A stretch of 64,000 bases of DNA from a virus: IMG/VR virus record IMGVR_UViG_3300029094_000045, one strand, 5' to 3'. Every line of letters begins with the position of its first letter. Position 1 is the first letter of the stretch. The notes under the pieces were generated by a model. The model searched no databases, was not told where the DNA came from, and saw only the letters and a list, made by a program, of their open reading frames with translations. Both the position numbers and the translations under genes were made by a program. Of this stretch, positions 40,506 to 49,621 are shown piece by piece.

Positions 40506-41738
40506 ATGTACATCACATATTGGAATCCGCCTAATACACGGCAGATTACTTTTGATGAAATCATCGCAGGCGTACAGAATGTTGAAGCGCTGCATTATGG
40601 CGGCAGCACCACCTCGACGATTACGGTGTGTCGTAATGACCTTACTCCGCGCCTGCAGAAAATCACCAATATCCCAGATATGATCGCAAAACTTACGGAG
40701 TTTAATCAGAAATATGCAGGACTCGAAGCGTGCGACCTCGCTGCTCATTATGAACATTTTGAGATTCCTAAGAAGTCCGGCGGCTGGCGTCCTATCGATG
40801 CTCCGGATAAGGAATTGTCTGATGCTCTGGTTGAGCTGCGCGAATTACTTCACAGCTTCATGATCGCAGACTATCACACAAATGCTTTTGCTTATATTCC
40901 GAATCGTAGTTTTATCGACGCAGTCCGCAAACATCAGGCTGGTCACATTAAAACGAAAAAGAATGAAGAAACCGGAATACAGACGACAGTGACTTTTGAA
41001 AATCACTGGGCAGTGAAGTTTGACTTGCATGGATTCTTTCCGAGCACAACGCCGGATTTTCTTCTTGGGATGTTGAGCATTATTTATCCGTTCGCTCTGA
41101 TTATGAAGGATGAACGGGGGCACGAACAGCTTGCCAACGCCTTAAAACTTTGTTTCCTCCACGGTGGTTTGCCGCAGGGGACGCCTATCAGTCCATGGCT
41201 TACCAATGTTATGATGATTCCATTTGATCATCTTATCACGCGCAAGCTGTGTTACGGCTATAAGGCAAAAGACGGTATCGAACGTGAATTTACCTATACC
41301 CGTTACGCTGACGATATGATGTTTAGTTGTTATCACAGTTTTGACCCGATGGAGATCCAGCAAATCGTCATCGATGGTTTGAACTTCATCCATGCACCAT
41401 TTACTTTAAATGAAGCAAAAACTCATTACGGCAACCGCCATTCCAGTAAAAACTGGTGCCTTGGTTTGATGTGGAACAAGGATAACCAGATCACTGTTGG
41501 ATGGCGAAATCTGAAGATGTTTCGGTCTGCCATGAAAAACTACATTGATGCGAAAAAGCGTGGCGAAACGTGGGAGCTTGAAGATCTTCAGTCGTTTATG
41601 GGCAAGCTTAATTACTATCATATGGTCGAACCCGATGTAATTGATGATTTGGTTCATCGTTACAATGAAAAATTTGGTGTTGATGTGATGGCTATGCTCA
41701 AAGACGATCTTCGTCTTAAAGATGGCGAAGCCGCGTAA
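40506..41738 (+). CDS. reverse transcriptase of retron/group-II type
   Basis: RT motifs in order: IPKKSGGWRPIDAP (1/2), FDLHGFFPS (A), GLPQGTPISPWLTNVMM (B'), YTRYADDMMFS (C, YxDD), then an LG region. QGxxxSP plus RYADD is retron/group II-like rather than DGR-like (IGxxxSQ). Confidence 0.7.
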   Translation: MYITYWNPPNTRQITFDEIIAGVQNVEALHYGGSTTSTITVCRNDLTPRLQKITNIPDMIAKLTEFNQKYAGLEACDLAAHYEHFEIPKKSGGWRPIDAPDKELSDALVELRELLHSFMIADYHTNAFAYIPNRSFIDAVRKHQAGHIKTKKNEETGIQTTVTFENHWAVKFDLHGFFPSTTPDFLLGMLSIIYPFALIMKDERGHEQLANALKLCFLHGGLPQGTPISPWLTNVMMIPFDHLITRKLCYGYKAKDGIEREFTYTRYADDMMFSCYHSFDPMEIQQIVIDGLNFIHAPFTLNEAKTHYGNRHSSKNWCLGLMWNKDNQITVGWRNLKMFRSAMKNYIDAKKRGETWELEDLQSFMGKLNYYHMVEPDVIDDLVHRYNEKFGVDVMAMLKDDLRLKDGEAA

Positions 41739-42893
41739 GGAGAATATGATGATTAAGCAGTATAAGAATGTCCTTGATGGTATCACGATGGAAGAATTCA
41801 TGGATGCTATTAAAAACGAAAAGAATGTTACAGCGAGAACGGTGTCTGCAATCTTATTTTCGATGATTGATGATCGTGTTCAGGAGGCCATCGATACGGC
41901 CAAAGAAAACATTCCAGACATTCTGATGGCAACGAAAGCACCTCCAGTGGTGGATGATTTCACTGAAGGATACGAGCTGGATGAAATTCGTGGCATCTGG
42001 CGTGTCGTGGACTCTACATGGTATCGGAATAAGAAATTCTATCTGATGAAGGCAGAACAAGATCCCGATTACTGTGGACCTATCGCGGTGGACGAGAACG
42101 GAAAGCTTGTTGCGGAAGAACTGTGCGACGGATTCGATTGCGACTTTGAAGATGCCGCAGACGAATATTTTGACGAAAACAAATTTAAAGGTTTCGGCCT
42201 TATCGGAGAGGAGGATATGTACTAATGGTTGAGCTTATGTGTCGTGATGGCAAAATCTCTCAGAGCGACCTCGAAAAACTAGCAGATACGATTTATTATT
42301 CTACCGGTATCGAGGTCAACGTGATTGCGGAACAGGACCGACGAGCCATGGTGTTCTGGGGGCCGGAAGATGTAAAGGGGATTATTGAGTCCTCGCACAT
42401 CCAGTCTATTGACCCGGACAACACGAGTATCTGTGACACAATCGTCGCTACGGCAGAGCCTAAGATTCATCAGGCGATGCTGGAGGCCGGTAATGATGTT
42501 CTGGTGGATGAAGTGTACGAGCTGGCCGAGTCGTTAGGAGAACATTTCGACGACTCAGATGTCGAGTTGGGTGATTCTTTATACGACGATTTTGAAGTTT
42601 CTTCCATGAAATAAAACAACGTAGATAAAAATCATTTTGTATATCACTCTATAAGAGCGAGCATTACACCTAAGGTGGATGTTTAGAAGAATACTAAGGA
42701 CCGGCCGCTGCGCTCTGATCAATCCCATCGTCGCGCAGCTTGGCCTCGAAACAAATCCTACGTCGAGTGCAATTTCAACTGCTCTCGATCCAATGAAATC
42801 GCTTCGCTCAGATATTGGATCGCTCGCATTGGAAATTTCCCTCGATAAACGGAGCTACGGATTTTAGAAAATGATTTTTGAAAGGATATAAAA

Positions 42894-43163
42894 ATGGAGT
42901 CGATAATGTATAAGCCGGGTGATAGAGTTACGATTCGTTCGGATTTGGAAGAGTACGAATGTTACTGTATGTTGTCTGGCCCCAAAAAAGAGAAAGGAAT
43001 GTTCTGCACCGTGCCGAGCATGGTTGCACAGGCCGGGAAAGTACTTACAATCGAAAAAATTCTAGAAGACGGAAGAGGTTATCAGCTTAAAGGATGTAAT
43101 CTCGGTTGGACGGATTCTATGTTTGAGTCAGCAAATGAATGTATTTGCGATTCGCTGCTGTGA
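42894..43163 (+). CDS. tandem-family paralog 1 (PGDRVxIRxDL...WTDxMFE...ECICDSLL)
   Basis: 89 aa. It carries the N-terminal domain shared by the 11 tandem paralogs and the family's C-terminal tail. Confidence 0.55.
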   Translation: MESIMYKPGDRVTIRSDLEEYECYCMLSGPKKEKGMFCTVPSMVAQAGKVLTIEKILEDGRGYQLKGCNLGWTDSMFESANECICDSLL

Positions 43164-43172
43164 GGTATTGAG

Positions 43173-43442
43173 ATGAAATATTTCCACGATATTGGTGATG
43201 CGGTTGTCGTAAAATCCGATCTTCATACTGGTATTGATTATTACATGAAGTCTGGTCCGGAAACTCCAATATATAATAATGTCACCGAGGAAATGAAAAA
43301 GTATGCTGGTAAAATTGTTCACATTGCGGACCACATAAACGGGCAGTATTTGATTAAAGAAGACGATTGTGAATGGATATGGACAGATGACATGTTCGAG
43401 AATGTTTCGGATGAGGAATGTTTTTGTGTGAGCCTGTTATGA
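43173..43442 (+). CDS. tandem-family paralog 2 (ends EECFCVSLL)
   Basis: Carries the shared N-domain and tail. Confidence 0.55.
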   Translation: MKYFHDIGDAVVVKSDLHTGIDYYMKSGPETPIYNNVTEEMKKYAGKIVHIADHINGQYLIKEDDCEWIWTDDMFENVSDEECFCVSLL

Positions 43443-43460
43443 TAGAAAGGGTGAGATAAA

Positions 43461-44285
43461 ATGGCCGAAGCTGTTAAAAGGAAAAAATATGAAAAGTTGG
43501 TCCAATTCCCCAAAGTCTCTGATAGCACTCACTTCACCATGAGTGAAGAAGAACTTCAGAAGATGATTCGGGATATTGCGGCTGCGGCTCAGAAGTCTAG
43601 AAAGCGTAAACCTAAACCTACATATAGTCTCTATACGAAGGATGGACGCAGAAAGCCCACGCCAGCCGATCCGATTCGTTCGAAAGAAGATTTCTGGAAA
43701 CTGGCTGATTATTTGGGTTCTACTGGAGATCCTAAATTCCAGCTGCGGAATAAGACGATTTTTATTTTTGGCTGTAGTATCGGCGTTCGCTGCGGCGATT
43801 TGTTGAACCTAAAAACAGGAGATGTTTATGAGGCGAATGGTTCGGTGAAAGAACATCTCGAACTAATGGAAGAAAAAACGCGCAAAATCAACGTTTGTAA
43901 AATTCCCAAAATGGCCGTGGATGTTCTGGAACAGTATCGTGATGAACAGAAATTCTCTATCGATCAGCAGAATTATCTATTCCGCAGCCGTAAAAATGGT
44001 TCTCTAAATGTGCGCAGTTTCTATCACATCTTGAAGAACGCAGGCAAAGTATGCGGGCTGGATATTGACCTGTCTACTCATACGATGCGTAAAACTTATG
44101 CAATGGCAGCTCTTCAAACAGCAGATGGAACAGAGGCGTCTGGCGATACGTTGGAGTTGCTTCAGGTGAAATTCAAACACAGTGATAAGCGCGTTACTAT
44201 GCGATACATTAAGGCGGATCAGGATAAAATCGATAAGATGTCCAATCGCGTTTCAGAATGGTTTGAGGATGGAGGAACTAAATGA
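43461..44285 (+). CDS. tyrosine recombinase (integrase-family catalytic domain only), embedded in the paralog array
   Basis: Box I GVRCGDLLNLK; box II LSTHTMRKTYA (HxxR); catalytic Tyr in KRVTMRYIK. 274 aa with no N-terminal arm-binding domain. Its stop overlaps the start of paralog 3. Confidence 0.6.
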   Translation: MAEAVKRKKYEKLVQFPKVSDSTHFTMSEEELQKMIRDIAAAAQKSRKRKPKPTYSLYTKDGRRKPTPADPIRSKEDFWKLADYLGSTGDPKFQLRNKTIFIFGCSIGVRCGDLLNLKTGDVYEANGSVKEHLELMEEKTRKINVCKIPKMAVDVLEQYRDEQKFSIDQQNYLFRSRKNGSLNVRSFYHILKNAGKVCGLDIDLSTHTMRKTYAMAALQTADGTEASGDTLELLQVKFKHSDKRVTMRYIKADQDKIDKMSNRVSEWFEDGGTK

Positions 44286-44551
44286 CGGATTATTTATATC
44301 ATCCCGGCGATAGGGTTTATGTTCGACCTGATCTTACGGATACTGAAGAGTATAAAATGTTGTCTGGGAAAAGTGAAGGCGAGTCTTGGGGAATCTACTC
44401 TTGGATGAAGAACTACGCAGGAAAAGAGATTGTTATTCTAAAAATTGAATTAGCCCGTGGCGTTTACACAGCACAAGGAATTAATGGCTGCATTTGGTCT
44501 GATGAAATGTTTGAGCCTCTAAACGAATGTTTCTGCGGCTCGTTATTATGA
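44282..44551 (+). CDS. tandem-family paralog 3 (ends NECFCGSLL)
   Basis: Carries the shared N-domain and tail. Confidence 0.55.
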   Translation: MTDYLYHPGDRVYVRPDLTDTEEYKMLSGKSEGESWGIYSWMKNYAGKEIVILKIELARGVYTAQGINGCIWSDEMFEPLNECFCGSLL

Positions 44552-44561
44552 GGACCTGTAA

Positions 44562-44843
44562 ATGAAGAACACCAAAAAATATATGTATCAACCCGGAGAC
44601 ATTGTTATTGTTCGAAAGGATTTAGATAAATATAAAAGCTACAAAATGTTTGCTGGCCCATATAAAGATAAAACATGGGGCATTCATCCGGATATGTGCC
44701 TTATGAGGGGACAAGCGGTTCATATTTCTGGGATTCATGAATATGGTGCTTATTTGATTTCGGAAACTGATGAATTTGTTTGGACAGATGAGATGTTTTC
44801 TGGATTAGCATACAATGAATGTTGTTGTAATTCGCTACTATAA
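44562..44843 (+). CDS. tandem-family paralog 4 (ends NECCCNSLL)
   Basis: Carries the shared N-domain and tail. Confidence 0.55.
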   Translation: MKNTKKYMYQPGDIVIVRKDLDKYKSYKMFAGPYKDKTWGIHPDMCLMRGQAVHISGIHEYGAYLISETDEFVWTDEMFSGLAYNECCCNSLL

Positions 44844-44867
44844 AATTAAACGACGGGGGAGATAGAA

Positions 44868-45143
44868 ATGGCATCGAGGTATTATCGATATAAAAACGGA
44901 GAAGAGGTTATTGTTCGTGCTGATTTAGATTATAATACTCGTTATTATATGCGTTCTGGTTATCGAGCTGACGAACAGTATACAATGCTTAGCTATGGCC
45001 AATCTCAGAAATTAGGAAAACCTGTACATATCAAAGACAAACGAGGTGGGCGATACATTATTGAAGAAGACTACGGCGGTTCTGCTTGGACTGACGATAT
45101 GTTTGAGTCTTCGAATGAATGTTGTTGCAGTTCTTTGCTGTGA
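44868..45143 (+). CDS. tandem-family paralog 5 (ends NECCCSSLL)
   Basis: Carries the shared N-domain and tail. Confidence 0.55.
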   Translation: MASRYYRYKNGEEVIVRADLDYNTRYYMRSGYRADEQYTMLSYGQSQKLGKPVHIKDKRGGRYIIEEDYGGSAWTDDMFESSNECCCSSLL

Positions 45144-45151
45144 GGTGTGAA

Positions 45152-45445
45152 ATGACAAAAGAATATCTTTATAACGTCGGAGATGTTGTAAGAATCCGCG
45201 AGGGGCTTGATCAGAATGAGTCTTATCGTATGCAGTCCGGCCCTTCGGATGGCTATAATCCCGGAATTAATAAATCTATGACAAGGCGCGGCGGAGAAGT
45301 TCATATGATACTGGGTTATGCCGCCTTGGGTTGTTATCATATCGACGATAACCCTAACGCAAAAGATTCTCATGGAAATTGGAGTTGGGCCGATGAAATG
45401 TTAGAACCTGTAGAGAATGGGTGCTACTGCGAGAGTTTGTTGTGA
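45152..45445 (+). CDS. tandem-family paralog 6 (ends NGCYCESLL)
   Basis: Start taken at the ATG of MTKEYLYN, after GAGGTG. Carries the shared N-domain and tail. Confidence 0.55.
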   Translation: MTKEYLYNVGDVVRIREGLDQNESYRMQSGPSDGYNPGINKSMTRRGGEVHMILGYAALGCYHIDDNPNAKDSHGNWSWADEMLEPVENGCYCESLL

Positions 45446-45453
45446 GGTGTGAT

Positions 45454-45723
45454 ATGAGTGAACTTCTATATAAGCTGGGTGACAAGGTTACAATCCGTTC
45501 TGATTTGAAAGAGGGCACACTGTATCCTGTTTTGTACGGACCAGCTGCTATCAAGAAAACTCTTTATTGCAGTCCTGGTATGGCAAAGCTTAGAGGCGAG
45601 ACTTTTGAAATCGACCGGTATACCTTCGATGGAAAGTTTTACAGATTGAAGGGAGTCGATTGGAACTGGACAGAGTCTGTGTTTGAAGATCCAAAAGAGT
45701 GCTTCTGTGAAAGTTTGTTATGA
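45454..45723 (+). CDS. tandem-family paralog 7 (ends KECFCESLL)
   Basis: Start taken at MSELLYKLGDKV. Carries the shared N-domain and tail. Confidence 0.55.
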   Translation: MSELLYKLGDKVTIRSDLKEGTLYPVLYGPAAIKKTLYCSPGMAKLRGETFEIDRYTFDGKFYRLKGVDWNWTESVFEDPKECFCESLL

Positions 45724-46003
45724 GGTATCAATGTGAAAGAGATATGGTGTGTTATTGAATCTAGCTCTGAAGGCGAGGTTTTTAGCCCCGATTTTTTCAA
45801 TTCAAAAGAAAAAGCAGTAGAATTTATCGAAGAAGAGACGAAAGAGTGTCTAGCTAATATGATGGATCTTCCAGAAGCTGGTAGGATGACGGATATCGTT
45901 GATGGAGATCCGATTGGTGAGGTGTGGACTGATAAATATAGTTGGGTATGGCATGGTTTTGAAGTTACTAAAGAAATTAAAAATATTTTAAAGGAGAATA
46001 ACA

Positions 46004-48070
46004 ATGTCTGACTTTAAGGAATTTCGTGCGCTGCTGCAGGACCACTTCAATGAGATGGTGAAGGATGGCGCACCTCTGTTTATCACCAATGCAGACGAGG
46101 ATAAGCTATATGGTCTCTATTTGGACAGCTTCCCGGCTGGTACGAACTCCATCTTCCGTAAGCGGCGTGAGTATGATTGCTCCTGCTGCCGTCGTTTCGT
46201 AAAGAATATTGGTAAGCTGGTTTCCTTTATGGATGGTCAGATGGTCACCGTCTGGGATTTCGATACCAAGTCCGACGTTTATCAGCCGGTTGTGGATGCG
46301 CTGGCTACTTATGTGAAAACCTGCGCTGTTGTGAATCCGTATTATGTTAGCCGCAATATGATCTCTGATGGCAAGTTCGGCACGGAGATGAACTATGAGT
46401 ATGATGCTAATCATAAGGCGGTTCACACCTGGGATCATTTCGCTGTCGAGATTCCTCAGCGGTTCATTGTCAATTCCTGTGATGTGACTACCAAGATGGC
46501 CGAGTGGCGTGATTCTGCTAATGTGTTCAAGCGTTCTCTGGAGGAGCTGACCATGGGTGCCGTGGACACCGTACTTGAGCTGATTGCGCAGAACAGCCTG
46601 TATCGCGGCAAGGAGTTTGAATCTCTGGTTCGTGGCTTCAAAATCGATAAGCGAGCGTATGATCGTCTGCCTGATGAAAAGAAGTCCGCTTATGTTTGGA
46701 TGGCTCCCGGCGGTGCGTCGATGAACCGGCTTCGTATTCGTAACACCGCTATCGGCACCCTTCTTATCAATTTGAGCGAAGGTATGGATGTGGATTCCGC
46801 CGTTACCGCCTTTGAGAAGGTTGTCGCTCCTGCCAATTATAAGCGTCCCAAAGCTATTTTCACTAAGAAGATGCTGGAAGATGCACAGAAAACCGTTACT
46901 GAACTGGGTTACATGAACAGTCTGGGTCGCCGATTTGCCACTCTGGATGATATTACTGCCAACAATATTCTGTTCTGCAACCGCGATGCCGCTCCTCGTG
47001 TGCTTGGCGCTATGAATCCGTTTGAAGCAATGGCTAAGACTGTTGCGATTGATCCCAAGAAGTTTGGCCGTGCAGAAGAAATTGGCATCGACAAGTTCAT
47101 CAAGGATGTACTGCCGACTGCGGCTGGCTTAGAACTGTTCATGGAGAATCGGTTCGAAAAGAATATGATGTCTCTGATTGCTCCGCAGGATAAAAATGCG
47201 CCGTCTATGTTCAAGTGGGCAAATGGATTCAGTTGGGCGTATACAGGTAACATGACTGACAGCCAGATTCGAGAGAACGTCAAGGCTGCTGGCGGCAAGG
47301 TGGATGGCGTGCTGCGTTTCTCGATCCAGTGGAACGATGTGCCGGGTGAATGGGATGAAAACGATGAGGATGCTCATTGCATTGAACCTGGTAAGAATCA
47401 TATCTATTATGGCAATAAGTGGAATCCTCGTACTAATGGCCGCCTAGATGTTGATATCCGTTGTCCTAATCAGGGTAAAGCTGCGGTCGAGAATATCACC
47501 TGGCCTGACATCAAAAAGATGAAGGAAGGCGAGTACAGCTTCTATGTAAACTGCTACGCTAATCGTGGTGGTAAAACTGGTTTCCGGGCTGAAATCGAGT
47601 TCGATGGCAACATCTACTCTTTCAACTACGATAAGCCGCTGCATGGTGGTCAGAATGTCGCCGTGGCAAAAGTCACGCTGAAGGACGGCAAGTTCTCTAT
47701 CAAGGAGCTGCTGCCCAGTTCTACCAGCACCCGCGAGATCTGGGGTGTGAATTCCAATCAGTTCGTACCTGTGTCTGTGGCGATGTACTCTCCGAACTAC
47801 TGGGACGAACAGACCGGCAATGGCAATCGTCACTACTTCTTCATGCTCAAGGATTGCGTCAACCCTGAAAAGCCGAACGGATTTTACAACGAATTCCTGA
47901 AGGCGGAATTGCTACAGCATAAGCGAGTATTTGAGGCGCTGGGTTCTCAGATGGCAGTTCAGTCGGTGGACGATCAGCTGTCTGGTGTTGGTTTCTCTGA
48001 GACTCAGCACAACAGCTTTATTGTTAAAGTGCAAGGGGCAACGGAGCGAGTTCTGAAAGTGGTGATTTGA
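46004..48070 (+). CDS. 688-aa hypothetical protein inserted within the paralog array
   Basis: Long ORF with an RBS and no recognisable motif. Its stop overlaps the start of paralog 8 (TGATG). Confidence 0.45.
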   Translation: MSDFKEFRALLQDHFNEMVKDGAPLFITNADEDKLYGLYLDSFPAGTNSIFRKRREYDCSCCRRFVKNIGKLVSFMDGQMVTVWDFDTKSDVYQPVVDALATYVKTCAVVNPYYVSRNMISDGKFGTEMNYEYDANHKAVHTWDHFAVEIPQRFIVNSCDVTTKMAEWRDSANVFKRSLEELTMGAVDTVLELIAQNSLYRGKEFESLVRGFKIDKRAYDRLPDEKKSAYVWMAPGGASMNRLRIRNTAIGTLLINLSEGMDVDSAVTAFEKVVAPANYKRPKAIFTKKMLEDAQKTVTELGYMNSLGRRFATLDDITANNILFCNRDAAPRVLGAMNPFEAMAKTVAIDPKKFGRAEEIGIDKFIKDVLPTAAGLELFMENRFEKNMMSLIAPQDKNAPSMFKWANGFSWAYTGNMTDSQIRENVKAAGGKVDGVLRFSIQWNDVPGEWDENDEDAHCIEPGKNHIYYGNKWNPRTNGRLDVDIRCPNQGKAAVENITWPDIKKMKEGEYSFYVNCYANRGGKTGFRAEIEFDGNIYSFNYDKPLHGGQNVAVAKVTLKDGKFSIKELLPSSTSTREIWGVNSNQFVPVSVAMYSPNYWDEQTGNGNRHYFFMLKDCVNPEKPNGFYNEFLKAELLQHKRVFEALGSQMAVQSVDDQLSGVGFSETQHNSFIVKVQGATERVLKVVI

Positions 48071-48342
48071 TGGAACTTAAATATCATGTCGGCGATAAGG
48101 TTATGATTCGTCCGGATCTTAAAGCGGGCAAAGTGTGTGAGATGTATTCGGGACCAATGCGTGGACGATATACTTACAGTATCACACCTAGTATGACACA
48201 GTTGGTTGGTAAATTTGCTACGATTGAAAGAATTTGTGATGGGGGAACTGGATATAGACTTAAAGAATATGGTTTCTCATGGACCGATGGAATGCTGCTG
48301 CCGGCTGATTTAAACGAGTGCGTTTGTGCTTCGCTGTTGTGA
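48067..48342 (+). CDS. tandem-family paralog 8 (ends NECVCASLL)
   Basis: Carries the shared N-domain and tail. Confidence 0.55.
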   Translation: MMELKYHVGDKVMIRPDLKAGKVCEMYSGPMRGRYTYSITPSMTQLVGKFATIERICDGGTGYRLKEYGFSWTDGMLLPADLNECVCASLL

Positions 48343-48351
48343 GGTGGTCTG

Positions 48352-48627
48352 ATGAAATATCGATACGAACCCGAAGACGCAGTTTTTGTTCGGCCTGATT
48401 TGAAACGTGGCTCCAACTATTGGATGCGTTCTGGGGTGAATGAAAATAAGCAATGTCTTGTAGCTGTTGGTGATATGTTAAATTTCGTAGGTAAAATGGT
48501 TCATATTTCTGGATATTCTCGGGATGGTTTTTATTACATCAAAGAAGATCCGGGGCAATGGTGCTGGACTGATGAGATGTTCGTTGGTCTAGCTGGCAAT
48601 GAGTGCTACTGCGAATCTCTGCTGTGA
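48352..48627 (+). CDS. tandem-family paralog 9 (ends NECYCESLL)
   Basis: Carries the shared N-domain and tail. Confidence 0.55.
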   Translation: MKYRYEPEDAVFVRPDLKRGSNYWMRSGVNENKQCLVAVGDMLNFVGKMVHISGYSRDGFYYIKEDPGQWCWTDEMFVGLAGNECYCESLL

Positions 48628-48635
48628 GGTGCCAA

Positions 48636-48911
48636 ATGGACTATCGGTACAAAATAGGAGAGGCTGTTTGGGTTAGAGACGACCTCGAATATGCAGCCTC
48701 TTATGATATGACGCCTGGCCCTTATCCAAAAGGCAATCGTAATGTCGTGACAGATAAAATGGCCAAACTCCATGGGCGGCTTGTCCATATTAAAAATTAT
48801 TCTGCTGCCGGCCAATATTATGTGGAAGAAACAAATAGTCTTCAATGGACCGACGATATGTTTGAAGGCTCAGAAAATAATAATGAATGCCTCTGCGAAT
48901 CTCTACTGTGA
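48636..48911 (+). CDS. tandem-family paralog 10 (ends NECLCESLL)
   Basis: Start taken at MDYRYKIGEAVWV. Carries the shared N-domain and tail. Confidence 0.55.
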   Translation: MDYRYKIGEAVWVRDDLEYAASYDMTPGPYPKGNRNVVTDKMAKLHGRLVHIKNYSAAGQYYVEETNSLQWTDDMFEGSENNNECLCESLL

Positions 48912-48919
48912 GGCTTGTT

Positions 48920-49207
48920 ATGGATTATGTAATTCCACTTCGATTTAAGCCTGGCGATCATGTTGTGGTTCGTCCGGATTTGAATATCAATACGGTCTAT
49001 CAAACATTTGGAGGCAAGAATGCCGGTTATCGTACAGCCCCAACGATGAATATGGTTCGCTTTGCGGGAATGGAATCTGAGATTAAAGAGTATTCTAGGT
49101 CTCAAAAAACTGTAAAACTGAAGTACTGTGGTTTTTGTTGGACAGAACAAATGCTGATTCCCAAAAGTTTTGTAGAACAGGAATGTGTTTGTGAATCACT
49201 TTTATAA
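48920..49207 (+). CDS. tandem-family paralog 11 (ends QECVCESLL)
   Basis: Start taken at MDYVIPLRFKPGDHVVV. Carries the shared N-domain and tail. Confidence 0.55.
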   Translation: MDYVIPLRFKPGDHVVVRPDLNINTVYQTFGGKNAGYRTAPTMNMVRFAGMESEIKEYSRSQKTVKLKYCGFCWTEQMLIPKSFVEQECVCESLL

Positions 49208-49621
49208 AAATAAAGGAGAGATAATTATGGAAAAGAATCTGTTTGAAATTGCGACCCGTAATCGCTATCGCTTCAACTATAAGGGCGTTATGACTGTTGA
49301 AGATCTGTGGGATCTGAACGTTGAGGCTCTGGATGCAATCTTTAAGACTCTGAACCGCCAGAAGAAGACTGCCGATGAGGACTCCTTGCTGGCCGCGAAG
49401 AGTGCCGAGGATACTGAACTGGCAAACAAGATCGAGCTGGTCAAGTACATCGTGTCTGTCAAGCTGGCCGAGTCCGAGGCTCGTGTAAATGCTGCCGAGA
49501 AGAAGGCGCAGCGCGATAAGATTATGAAGATCGTGGCTAAGAAGAAGGATAAGGAGCTGGAAGATATGGATGTTGATCAGCTGATGAAGAAGCTGGAAGA
49601 GCTGAACTAAGGAGAAGCAAG

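Noticed and set aside
42615-42893. Integron-like attC sites between cassettes
   Set aside because: Inter-gene spacers in the array are only 8-25 nt with no room for attC hairpins. The recombination-site idea is retained only for the coding 3' junction itself and at low confidence.
40219-49207. Diversity-generating retroelement (RT + template repeat + variable 3' ends of the paralog array)
   Set aside because: The RT has retron/group-II-type QGxxxSP, not the DGR IGxxxSQ box. No Avd-like gene is present. The upstream non-coding element has no similarity to the paralog 3' ends, and the paralog tails are conserved rather than adenine-variable.
42894-49207. C-terminal CxCxSLL read as a CaaX/CXC prenylation box
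   Set aside because: The Cys sits at -5 and -7, not at -4 or at the terminus, and the context is a bacterial phage with no prenyltransferase. It is kept only as a formal resemblance.
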